Shown here: piece by piece, positions 53,152 through 64,000 of the stretch
Numbering within the stretch: the first letter of the stretch is position 1
Layout of the letters: each line of letters opens with the position of its first letter
Origin: Paraphysomonas bandaiensis
Taxonomy: Eukaryota > Protista > Chrysophyceae
DNA: 64,000 nucleotides
Direction of reading: 5' to 3'
Assembly (NCBI GenBank): GCA_965644295.1
Contig: CBFFRP010000028.1
Span: 124,001-188,000 of the forward strand
Translations under genes and position numbers: made by a program
Notes under the pieces: generated by a model
Databases searched by the model: none
The model's input: only the letters and a program-made list of their open reading frames with translations
Told to the model about the DNA's origin: nothing

Positions 53152-55256
53152 TACCAGCCGAGAGAGTGATGTGCATGGCATCGATATCTGGATAAGATAC
53201 ACCAGCAGAGAGAGTGATGTGCATGTGTATCAGTGATGTGCATGGCATCGATATCTGGATAAGATACACCAGCAGAGAGAGTGATGTGCATGTGTATCAG
53301 TGATGTGCATGGCATCGATATCTGGATAAGATACACTAGCAGAGAGAGTGATGTGCATGTGTATCAGTGATGTCCATGGCATCGATATCTGGATAAGATA
53401 CACCAGCAGAGAGAGTGATGTGCATGTGTATCAGTGATGTGCATGGCATCGATATCTGGATAAGATACACCAGCAGAGAGAGTGATGTGCATGTGTATCA
53501 GTGATGTGCATGGCATCGATATCTGGATAAGATACACCAGCAGAGAGAGTGATGTGCATGTGTATCAGTGATGTGCATGGCATCGATATCTGGATAAGAT
53601 ACACCAGCAGAGAGAGTGATGTGCATGTGTATCAGTGATGTCCATGACATCGATATCTGGATAAGATACACCAGCAGAGAGAGTGATGTGCATGTGTATC
53701 AGTGATGTGCATGGCATCGATATCTGAATAAGATACACCAGCAGAGAGAGTGATGTGCATGTGTATCAGTGATGTGCATGGCATCGATATCTGGATAAGA
53801 TACACCAGCAGAGAGAGTGATGTGCATGTGTATCAGTGATGTCCATGGCATCGATATCTGGATAAGATACACCAGCAGAGAGAGTGATGTGCATGTGTAT
53901 CAGTGATGTCCATGACATCGATATCTGGATAAGATACACCAGCAGAGAGAGTGATGTGCATGTGTATCAGTGATGTGCATGGCATCGATATCTGGATAAG
54001 ATACACCAGCAGAGAGAGTGATGTGCATGTGTATCAGTGATGTGCATGGCATCGATATCTGGATAAGATACACCAGCAGAGAGAGTGATGTGCATGTGTA
54101 TCAGTGATGTGCATGGCATCGATATCTGGATAAGATACACCAGCAGAGAGAGTGATGTGGATGTGTATCAGTGATGTGCATGTCATCGATATCTGGATAA
54201 GATACACCAGCAGAGAGAGTGATGTGCATGTGTATCAGTGATGTGCATGGCATCGATATCTGGATAAGATACACCAGCAGAGAGAGTGATGTGCATGTGT
54301 ATCAGTGATGTGCATGGCATCGATATCTGGATAAGATACACCAGCAGAGAGAGTGATGTGCATGTGTATCAGTGATGTCCATGACATCGATATCTGGATA
54401 AGATACACCAGCAGAGAGAGTGATGTGCATGTGTATCAGTGATGTGCATGGCATCGATATCTGGATAAGATACACCAGCAGAGAGAGTGATGTGCATGTG
54501 TATCAGTGATGTGCATGGCATCGATATCTGGATAAGATACACCAGCAGAGAGAGTGATGTGGATGTGTATCAGTGATGTGCATGGCATCGATATCTGGAT
54601 AAGATACACCAGCAGAGAGAGTGATGTGCATGTGTATCAGTGATGTGCATGGCATCGATATCTGGATAAGATACACCAGCAGAGAGAGTGATGTGCATGT
54701 GTATCAGTGATGTCCATGACATCGATATCTGGATAAGATACACCAGCAGAGAGAGTGATGTGCATGTGTATCAGTGATGTGCATGGCATCGATATCTGGA
54801 TAAGATACACCAGCAGAGAGAGTGATGTGCATGTGTATCAGTGATGTGCATGGCATCGATATCTGGATAAGATACACCAGCAGAGAGAGTGATGTGGATG
54901 TGTATCAGTGATGTGCATGTCATCGATATCTGGATAAGATACGCCAGCAGAGAGAGTGATGTGCATGTGTATCAGTGATGTGCATGTCATCGATATCTGG
55001 ATAAGATACACCAGCAGAGAGAGTGATGTGCATGTGTATCAGTGATGTGCATGTCATCGATATCTGGATAAGATACGCCAGCAGAGAGAGTGATGTGCAT
55101 GTCATCGATATCTGGATAAGATACGCCAGCAGAGAGAGTGATGTGCATGGCATCGATATCTGGATAAGATACGCCAGCAGAGAGAGTGATGTGCATGTGT
55201 ATCAGTGATGTGCATGGCATCGATATCTGGATAAGATACACCAGCCGAGAGAGTGA
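53152..55256. repeat. 67-bp minisatellite, about 31 copies (with some 48-bp short variants)
   Basis: Unit GATACACCAGCAGAGAGAGTGATGTGCATGTGTATCAGTGATGTGCATGGCATCGATATCTGGATAA. Period 67 (53196, 53263, ...). No spacers. Confidence 0.98.
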
Positions 55257-55470
55257 GAAGATCCTGCTGCTGTTGATGTGGAATACAGTCCTGTAGAACG
55301 ATAGTGAATACGGACACTGTATTCATCTAGAATTGTGTGTAATTGTAGTGTACATGCATCAACATGCATATGTACAGCGCACTATCACAGCCCACTGCCG
55401 TCTATTCGCATTGCTACTCAGTGATACCCCGCTATTTCACTTGTGTTTCGTAACTCTGCAGTAATTTGTA

Positions 55471-57880
55471 ATGTGGCGTGCAGTCATAAGGGCCACAGTA
55501 AGAGAAACGGCTCGTATACACGCCTTAAAACGAGCACCGGCCCTTGTATGGAGAAGTACACAGGCACCATGGCTGTCTGCTACTTATCGTCACTGCTCAA
55601 CCACATCAGAGAGTTCACTGAGTGAGGGGTTAGTCGATTACTACAACCCTCCTACTGATAAGTACTCATACGGGGACTATAAAGAGATATCATCAAACAG
55701 TGAGAGCGATAAGCGATACACAGATGTTGAAACAATAAACAGCGCGTCATCGCTCGGTAAGTACATTTGGATTAGAGGAAGGGTGGCCAGTGTGAGGGGT
55801 AAGGGCAATGCATGCTTTTTAGTTGTTAGATCGAAGGCGCAGTACACCATTCAAGTTTGTCACTTCAAAGACAAGACGGATGCATCTATCTCGAAGAGCA
55901 TGATTAAGTTTGCGAATAATATACAACTGGAGAGTATTGTTGATATATACGGGAAAGTGGTTGCAGCAGATGTGCACTCATGCACACAGAACTCTGTTGA
56001 AATTGCGATGGAAAAGATATATGTAGTGTCGCGGGCACCTACGAAGCTTCCTTTCCTCCTTGATGATGCCTCCAGGTGCGACAGAACTGTTTCCTGCTAT
56101 TTTCAATTGTTAACAACAACTCTTATCGATGTCGTTTGATATTGGTAGGTCGGAAGAGGAAATCGCACTCTCTGCGGAAACTGAACGGCCTTTCGCAAAA
56201 GTGGATCAGGTACGTTCTACCTAAGCACTTGTCACCTACTTAATACTATTGCCCCAGGATATTCGACTCAATAACCGCTGGTTAGATTTAAGGTACATAT
56301 TTACTTCGTGTCATATGTAAAACTGTATGTGGCCTAAACCTTGTATTTGAAATTATGTACGGCAGTTAACCGCTCATATACCTTTGGACCCATGTAGGGT
56401 GCCGGCGAACAATGCTATCATACGCATTCGCAGTGGAATTATGCGCTTGTTTCGTGAGGCTCTCTATGCTAAAAATTTTACAGAGATCAGCTCCCCGAAG
56501 TTGATATCCGGTCAGAGTGAAGGCGGGTCAGAGGTCTTCACAACTGACTATTTTGGCCAGGTGATGTGGAATATACGCCTGCTCTTTAGCTAGTGTGGGA
56601 CTATGAATTAAGCAATGATGGCTATGCAATATCGGAGTAGAGCTATGCGTATTAAAACTTTGTGGTGACTGCGATATTCAGTATAATATATTGCTTATCA
56701 ATATCATGGTTTTATCGCTTACTTCGTATTTATCACAGCCAGCATGTCTGGCACAGTCGCCACAGCTCTACAAACAAATGGCCCTGTCGGCAGATCTCCA
56801 CAGGGTGTTTGAGGTTGGACCTGTATTCCGCGCTGAGAACTCTAAGACGAGGTGGGTCAGTATTCTATTGAAAATTGAGTGTTCCTGAGGAGAAAACGCC
56901 GAGTGTAGACGCCATCTCTGTGAATTCACCGGATTGGATTTGGAGATGACTATTTCCAGTCACTACAACGAGGTGCTTTCAGGTTTACTGACAATTATTC
57001 TGTCTTGCATCTGTGCATCTTATCCTTTTTTACCAGTACTTCATGACTTGTTCCGCCATATATTTGATGGCCTGGAGAAACACTATGCGCAGGACTTGGC
57101 GATAGTACGACAGCAGTACCCCAGCGAACGGGTCCAGTTCACAGAAGATCCACTTATTGTGCATTGGCCTGAGGCTATGGAGATGCTTGTGGAGGCAGGA
57201 GAGAAGGTTTGTATCGGAATATTGTGAGCTGTGGGTGATAACGTATGGTAATAGCCCGACCCCACTGATGACTTAACTACTGCGCATGAGCTCTTGCTAG
57301 GGAAATGTGTGAAGGAGAAATTTAAATCGGACTTCTTTATACTGGACAAATACCCGTTGCGCATCAGGTTTCAGTTTTGCATCTTCAGTGCTGTCATTGC
57401 TGACGCCCATGTATCCGTGTAGACCTTTTTACACGATGCCGTGTCCGAATAACAGTTTGTTCTCCAACAGCTATGACCTATTTATAAGGTATTAGACGCA
57501 CTTACTCTGGATGAAGGGATATTGGTTAACAGTAGACGTTGTAGAGGCCAAGAGATATGCTCAGGAGCACAGCGGTGTCACAATGCGGTACGTACCATTT
57601 TCATCGCATTTCGTCTAATGCTAGATCAGGATATGTTAGAGAAGAGAATAGCAGAAAAGGGAATCGATCCTCGTACTCTTCAATTCTACGTTGATTCATT
57701 TCGGCATGGAGTCAGCCCTCATGGTGGAGCCGGCATTGGGCTGGAGAGGGTAGTGTTCCTATATTTAGGTATAAGGGCACTATTTCCGTGTTTCTGAATA
57801 ACTAATACTTTGAATTAGGATTAGATAACGTTCGAAAAGCATCGCTATTTCCGCGTGACCCGGGGAGGTGTTCTCCTTAG
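55471..57880 (+). CDS. DARS: Aspartyl-tRNA synthetase, eukaryotic cytosolic type, with an N-terminal presequence-like extension
   Basis: OB-fold [92 protein letters not shown] and FPRDP. Many short introns. Confidence 0.95.
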
Positions 57881-58641
57881 ATGCGTGGATGATGGGTAGA
57901 TTTAAGAGTGCAATGTTTCATGTGGTATTAAAATAATAATAGAAAAATATTACAAATAAATTACTTCGAAAAACGAATTGCCTATCTAGAAAAAGCCAAT
58001 ATAGTAGACATACCGATCATCACGATCACTATATAGGCCGTCGTAGTTGTGAGTTGTTGTGATACCTAAAACAAAGGCTCGGGGAAATCTGACGAGATTA
58101 ATGTTGTTGGGTGTATAAAATATCGACTATGTATCACAATATTTACTTGTAAAGTTACTACTGCCTCTTCGAAAAAGCAGCACTAATTCGTAAGCTAAAC
58201 TATTCACGACATTGTCTACTTTCATGACGATTTGAAGAATCTATCAGACCTAAACATAAAACGTACTACATTCAGTGTGCTTATAAATGTATCAACACAA
58301 TCGCGACTAGGTATCACTTTTTGCTGAAAATAATTATTGTCATACAGATTCTGTACGATGAGTATCCACGCATGCACTACACTATCGCACATATAAAACA
58401 CTCCATCATCATGACCAACTCTCATATATATCAATGACCCTGGAAACTGGTCAGATCAATAATATCAGGGATGCTCTTGACAACACTAACCACAACTTCA
58501 TAATCACATAAAAGATAAGGTATATATGGGACCAGAATTAAGAATAGAGTACGTATACAATGTTTTGTCCCTTCAGTAACACATTATCGCATAAAAAATT
58601 CGAAATCTTCGATGCATTGAACCCGTAATTACATTGCGGAC

Positions 58642-60006
58642 TCAAACTTCATCCGGACCAGATACTTCGGGTGAGACTTCTGTCGCTTGGTAAGGATAAA
58701 CCTGTGCCTGCTTTATTGATGGAACGGTACTGTCGCTGGGCTTCGTCTCCACAACAGAGTAATCCTTTAACGGCTTATTGCTGAGAATTCCGCCAGAGGA
58801 TCGGCTGGTTGAAGATCTGCTCTGACGAGTAGTGTCGATCGCTGTGTCATGAACCCCAGTGACTGCTATACAGCCATCATTCCCCACATCGAGCAACTTA
58901 AATTGCTCCTCAAGTATCACTACGTCTTCTTGGTCCACGAGGCCCAAACGTATCAGCTTATACAAAATGTACTCCTCTCTGCTCACCATTTGGTCGCCAT
59001 TCGCATCCATATCGAATAATTTATCTACTTCCATCGAGCGGGTAAGTTCCTCCTCCTTCTTCTTAGATTGGTGATAGCGGTACAAGGCTCCATTAAACTT
59101 GTTAAGCGCTTGTCCAGTTAGTATAGTACCCACAACTGAGTAGAAAATGGTAAACGCTCGAGATGTCTGCGAAGTAGGGAGGACATCACCGTACCCTATT
59201 GACACTGTCAGTGCATATACAGAAATAGACAAAGTGCATGTGACGTTACGTATAAGCAATGTGTGCAATATATCAGACTCACCTATGGTAGTTATAGTTG
59301 CACAAGACAAGTATATTGCATCCACAACGGAGTGGTTGTCAACCACCACGGTATAAAATACTGTACCCACAAAAACCGTGGCAAAAATAATGGACAGTCC
59401 CCAGCATAGATCCTCAACAATCATGACAGCGTACTCTGGAAGTGTATCAAACAATGGGATCCGATCTATTAAAACTCTCATGCTAAATGCATTCTGCTGC
59501 GGTAGTTGCAGTAAACTCAGACCGCTCTTATCAGTCCCGTAGTACGAAGAACGATCACTTTTCGAACCCGTGCTCCCAGTTGGGTTTAGGGTCATTTTCT
59601 TTTCGATTTTTGCTTTATGCTCCGAAAGGAGTTCGAATATCCATCTCAACAGAGAAAGGACTAATAATAAACCAAGAAATATATATATACATAGAAATAA
59701 TTTTGCAGCATCATTCACGATATGAACATCGCCATAACCCACAGTCGTAAGTGTTATAATGGTCAAATATAATATTGAAAATATCGACATTTCATTTTTG
59801 GATATGAGTTTAAAAAAAACCAAACCACACAAAAAATATGCAATGAATGAGAAGGCGCACATTGCTACCAGCCGCTTATGCAGTCGTTGTTCATTTCTTT
59901 CAATATGAGTTCGACGACGCTCACTGAATGACTCTGACACACGTGTGATGAATGCTTGACGGCGCATGGTCCCCTGTGAGGGTAGACTCCCTCCACTGGA
60001 CCGCAT
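58642..60006 (-). CDS. Two-pore-domain K+ channel with EF-hands (TPK/KCO-like)
   Basis: Four TM segments and two pore motifs (TLTTVGYGD; TITTIGYGD after removing intron 59196-59282). EF-like loops DANGDQMVSREE and DVGNDGCI. Confidence 0.92.
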   Translation of the reverse strand: MRSSGGSLPSQGTMRRQAFITRVSESFSERRRTHIERNEQRLHKRLVAMCAFSFIAYFLCGLVFFKLISKNEMSIFSILYLTIITLTTVGYGDVHIVNDAAKLFLCIYIFLGLLLVLSLLRWIFELLSEHKAKIEKKMTLNPTGSTGSKSDRSSYYGTDKSGLSLLQLPQQNAFSMRVLIDRIPLFDTLPEYAVMIVEDLCWGLSIIFATVFVGTVFYTVVVDNHSVVDAIYLSCATITTIGESDILHTLLIRNVTCTLSISVYALTVSIGYGDVLPTSQTSRAFTIFYSVVGTILTGQALNKFNGALYRYHQSKKKEEELTRSMEVDKLFDMDANGDQMVSREEYILYKLIRLGLVDQEDVVILEEQFKLLDVGNDGCIAVTGVHDTAIDTTRQSRSSTSRSSGGILSNKPLKDYSVVETKPSDSTVPSIKQAQVYPYQATEVSPEVSGPDEV

Positions 60007-60277
60007 TAACGGTAACGGTTAGTTTAAATATTACCTACAGTGCGATGTGATATATACAGCACACGCAACTGTTAACAAACTGTTCGAGAACTTAGCTGAC
60101 ACTCATCAGCCATAACGCCGGCCTCTATATGACAGCATGCTCACAGCAGTCCGCGTATTCATAGTGAGGGAGATGTACGTAACAACCCTCAAGCCATCGC
60201 ACTCTTAATGGGAATACAACACAAATACAGACTGTAGGCAAAGGTCAGTTACAGTACAATCGTACATATAATACAGT

Positions 60278-60450
60278 TGTATAGGTGTACAGTGTATAGG
60301 GGTACGGTACAGCTGTACAGCGGTCAGGTGTATAGGTGTACAGTGTATAGGGGTACGGTACAGCTGTACAGCGGTCAGGTGTATAGGTGTACAGTGTATA
60401 GGGGTACGGTACAGCTGTACAGCGATCAGGTGTATAGGTGTACAGTGTAT
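60278..60450. repeat. 51-bp tandem repeat, about 3.4 copies, GTAC-rich
   Basis: Unit TGTATAGGTGTACAGTGTATAGGGGTACGGTACAGCTGTACAGCGGTCAGG starts at 60278, 60329, 60380 and 60431 (partial). Confidence 0.95.
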
Positions 60451-61452
60451 GAGGGTACATAACTGCCGGTGCACATACAGCAATAGGACGGACATACAGC
60501 AGTGGGATGTCACACATGAGATAGAGGCAGTGGTAGATTACGATCAAGAGTGACGTGTGATACATGATCTTAATCATCAGTACAAAGAACCTGAAGGGGT
60601 ATCGTAGAGACCACAAGTACAATGGAGATGAGATGAGAGATAGCTCACGATTGTCTCGCTAGAGGACGTGCAGAGAGCAGTGTTGTGAGTGATGGCAGCG
60701 GTGCCCACTGTGATGTTATGTATTGTGTGAACCGAGGGACAGAATACGCCGTATTCCTGCAAATCAAGTTCTCGGAAAATTATGTTCACTCATGCGATAG
60801 TTCGGAACTTTCATGAAGCGGAAGGAGTGCTCAGTGCTATACCGGACCCTTGTCAGCTAACCATGCGGTAGAGGCAGCCAGCAACTCATACATGGAATAC
60901 AATAAGCAGAAAGGCGATTAAAAAAAACATCACTCACGTCAGTCGCTGTCACTGATAAGTAAAGTTGGAATAAGTGTGTAGCCCGTGTGTATGTGTGTCT
61001 GTATGTGTGTATATATGTATGTATATATCATGCCCCTATGAGCGTATAATAACTACAAGGATTTACTTGAATACAATCCCTTCATCTGATTAAAATCAAG
61101 CTCAATGCCCTCGTACAAAACGTGGGAATTTTTCTCACGGTTGCATATAGCTGCTTGGTCTCAGTGCCATAACTGCATAACGTCATTAAACTAAACTTCC
61201 TCAACACCATCCGCCAGATTCAGCGAACAAGGTGACCACAAAACCATCATAGCTTCTGTAGAAACAGTTTTCTTCTTTCTGAAAGCTGGCGTATTCTTAG
61301 GAACAATCAGTCCTGCCCTCCCATAAAACATAAACATGGCAATGTGGGCGGCAGCAGGTGGACTTCCTTTACACGCAGTCCATACTTGTATTTTAGAAGG
61401 CGACGGGGAAAAATCTCATTGCACTCTAGGTTAGGTTTTATATCGAATTACT

Positions 61453-61641
61453 ATTCAATTATATTGATTTTTACTATATGGATGAGGAGGTGAATGCTAG
61501 AGTACAAGATCCTTCTAATTTGGAGTCAGTAAGAAGGACCTTAAGATCATTAATGCTAGGAGGACTTGATCCTTCAATCGCCAATGCAAGAGAAGATCAA
61601 ATAAGAGCTATTATAATTCAATTATATTGATTTTTACTATA
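61453..61641 (+). repeat. 26-bp direct repeat framing a 50-codon ORF (61478-61630)
   Basis: ATTCAATTATATTGATTTTTACTATA occurs at 61453-61478 and 61616-61641. Confidence 0.85.
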
Positions 61642-62020
61642 ATAAAGTAGGAAAAGAGAATTATACTGCAAGGATTCCTTGCTGAGAAATAGAACAACGG
61701 AGTTGATGCATAATACACTTTGTCCACTACATTCAACTCTTAAACCAACTTATCTTTAGTGTAATGATGCTCCTATAACCGATTGTTGAGGCGGTGAAAT
61801 ACCAGTTCAAGCCTCACAACATGGTTGATAGATTTTATACTTGTCGTGAAATACATAAAACAGTCATGGTAGAGTAGATATCAGATCTTCGTATGTAAGA
61901 GTTGCGCATTCTAAAGACAGTTATTGCCACGGCATGAATTTTATTTTATCAATCAGAGATAAAATTATTACAACCAAATAAATCACAATATACATTTCTC
62001 TTGTGCGATAGATGATGACT

Positions 62021-64000
62021 TCATTTTCTTAACATTGATTTGCATTCTTGTACACGGCGAAGAGCATATTTCAGTGCCGGATGGCATATCAAATTTGCAT
62101 TTCTTTTTTCCGACGTAAAAACTCTTTTTTCTTCGCTGTGACCAAGTGGTTCAATCGCAGCCATAGAGCATTCAGTGCTTGTTGACTGCAGATTGTCAAT
62201 ACACTTCTCTAACTCAGAGAGTCTGTGTGAGGCATTCAATCTATTTTCGTCAGATTTTTCAATGTCTGTCGTGAGATACAACAGGGCCTACAAGAACATT
62301 TAGTTTCACCACATAGCATTTAGCAATGCGCTATACCATTTCCACATACTCCCCTATATCGAGCAAAGTAGCTTGTGAACTAAGCGCTAAACCAGTACGA
62401 TGTGCGGGCGTACCGGGCCGAGACAATAGCTTCACGCTCAATCGCAGAAGCTGGTACACATATTACAACTACGATGCACAGACGATATATTGGTAAGTTA
62501 CCGCAAGAGGAATGGGAAGAACATTTAGATCCATCCCTGACCGTGCTCCCCGCTGTTTTGATGGCGAGAAAACATACGATGATTTAACATCCGGTGACAA
62601 TCTAGTAGAAGAATTATAACATGGAATATAAATAAACTTTGCAGAACACCTCTTGCCAGTATCGGCTTTTATAGCCACTTCCGAAGTTTTCTTCCCTTGG
62701 CTACTCATGCGAGTAGGTGAAGTGGGAACTCCGTTGGATCCAGGCCGCAGTGATAAGAACACAAGTAAAATTGCTGATGCCAACCTCTATAATTCCAGTT
62801 AATCTCAAAAAGGACTTACACCAGTCACAACTACCTGCGTAATGGTAAAATCTCCACTGCTGTTGCAAGCAACCCTTTCGAGGTGAATCTGATAATATAA
62901 AAATTGCTTGAAATGAACCCTAATCAATTTATATAGTCGCACCTGAAAGTCTCCTTTTCTCCTGACAAACACGTAGCGATCATCTTTTCCTCTCAACTTC
63001 CTCCCATGGAACCGTGGCTGATTACTGGAATGAGCAGCGACGACTGTCTCGATCATTTCCACTAAGCATGTGTCATCACCCACAGAGCTATCATAATCAT
63101 CATCATCTCCTTCTCCTACCACTGCCAAGGTCTGCCCGTGAAATACGGGGGCATACCCGTGTCCAGGAGCAGCTATGGTGGCAGTGCTCTTCTTGCTGGC
63201 AGATTTTTTCGACTTCGTATCAGACACAACTGAAAGGCTGTCATCAATCCAGCCTCCACCACGCCGGAACTTCAGATTGTGTACCAATGACGTGCCCACT
63301 GCAGAAGGACCCGTAGCAGAAAACGGAGAGTGCAGCTGCTTCTGAACCAGTTGGCGCCTCTGTTGACTTAATTCCTTCTCCAACCTTGCATGTGTAAACT
63401 TTTTATGTAAATACACCACAATCTAACCACCCACCTGTCTAAAACCCACGAATACGATGCAGACAAGTGTTCTGACATACGAAGGTCCTCTAGTAACTTT
63501 CGAGCGTCATCATAAGAGTTCTGAACTGCGCTGACAACACCGCTCAAAACAGCGCTGCGTAGTTGAAGCATAGACTCGCCGATATGCCTGTTGCATTTAG
63601 TGCGTTAACAGTGATTAAATCAGAGCGCAAGTTCGACTAACTTTAAAATTTTGATGTCACGATCACTAGTGTTTATGCCACAAGTCTGCTCTGCGCCCCG
63701 AAGAGCTTTTCGTAGTAATGCAGCTGATGGAAGCAACGAGCTTTCGTGTTTCCATTCTGTCAATAATCACTTTTAACTAGCATAGCAACTCTTAATAAGT
63801 CGTAAACCTTCGTCATAAGAAATCGTGGGCAGGACTGAGTCCAATGCCACAACCAAATCCCTTTTCACAGCGCTGTCGCATATCTGGAATACACACTCAG
63901 GTGTATGTACACTTTGTATTTTTACACACCTCTACAAAAGCGTCCTCAATCTCAGACGCAGCAATAGAAGCAAACATATCGTTCCCTTTCAGGCTGCGTA
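62021..64000 (-). CDS. Hypothetical protein, 3' part (multi-exon; 5' end outside the window)
   Basis: Consecutive minus-strand ORF pieces (63368-63571, 62805-63419, 62469-62783, 62021-62281) with intron-like gaps. No recognised domain. Confidence 0.6.

Noticed and set aside
53152-55256. Possible CRISPR array
   Set aside because: The units are contiguous near-identical repeats with no unique spacers, there are no cas genes, and the context is eukaryotic.
1-64000. tRNA, rRNA, snRNA genes and non-canonical introns
   Set aside because: None were recognised by eye and every intron I resolved was GT-AG. A tRNAscan/Infernal run would be needed to exclude RNA genes.

Overview
This is gene-dense nuclear DNA from a eukaryotic protist. 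It uses the standard code and has many very short GT-AG introns (mostly about 42-60 nt). The gene set (centriolin, CDPK, plant-type TPK channel) suggests a flagellated SAR/stramenopile-like organism; that assignment is inference. About 19 protein genes can be built: CYP7/8-like P450 (partial), DNA polymerase theta, three different 2OG-Fe(II) dioxygenases, an IMPase/BPNT-family phosphatase, a Branch/GT14-like glycosyltransferase, a centriolin-like protein, a MurL-like PP-loop epimerase, HPC2/ubinuclein, a Nova-like KH protein, a CDPK, Aurora kinase, proteasome alpha-3, AspRS, a TPK K+ channel and three hypothetical proteins. Non-genic features are a complete 311-bp hAT-type MITE with an 8-bp TSD, a dispersed repeat family, three long (CATA)n tracts and two minisatellites. 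Main observations: (1) a five-intron eukaryotic homolog of the bacterial peptidoglycan epimerase MurL; (2) a calcium-dependent protein kinase with an N-terminal Vta1/LIP5-like tandem-MIT domain, i.e. a possible ESCRT-III-targeted kinase; (3) all five large non-coding tandem arrays lie just 5' of gene starts, three of them inside head-to-head intervals; (4) a 50-codon ORF framed by a 26-bp direct repeat. All family calls come from manual splicing and motif recognition, not from database searches.
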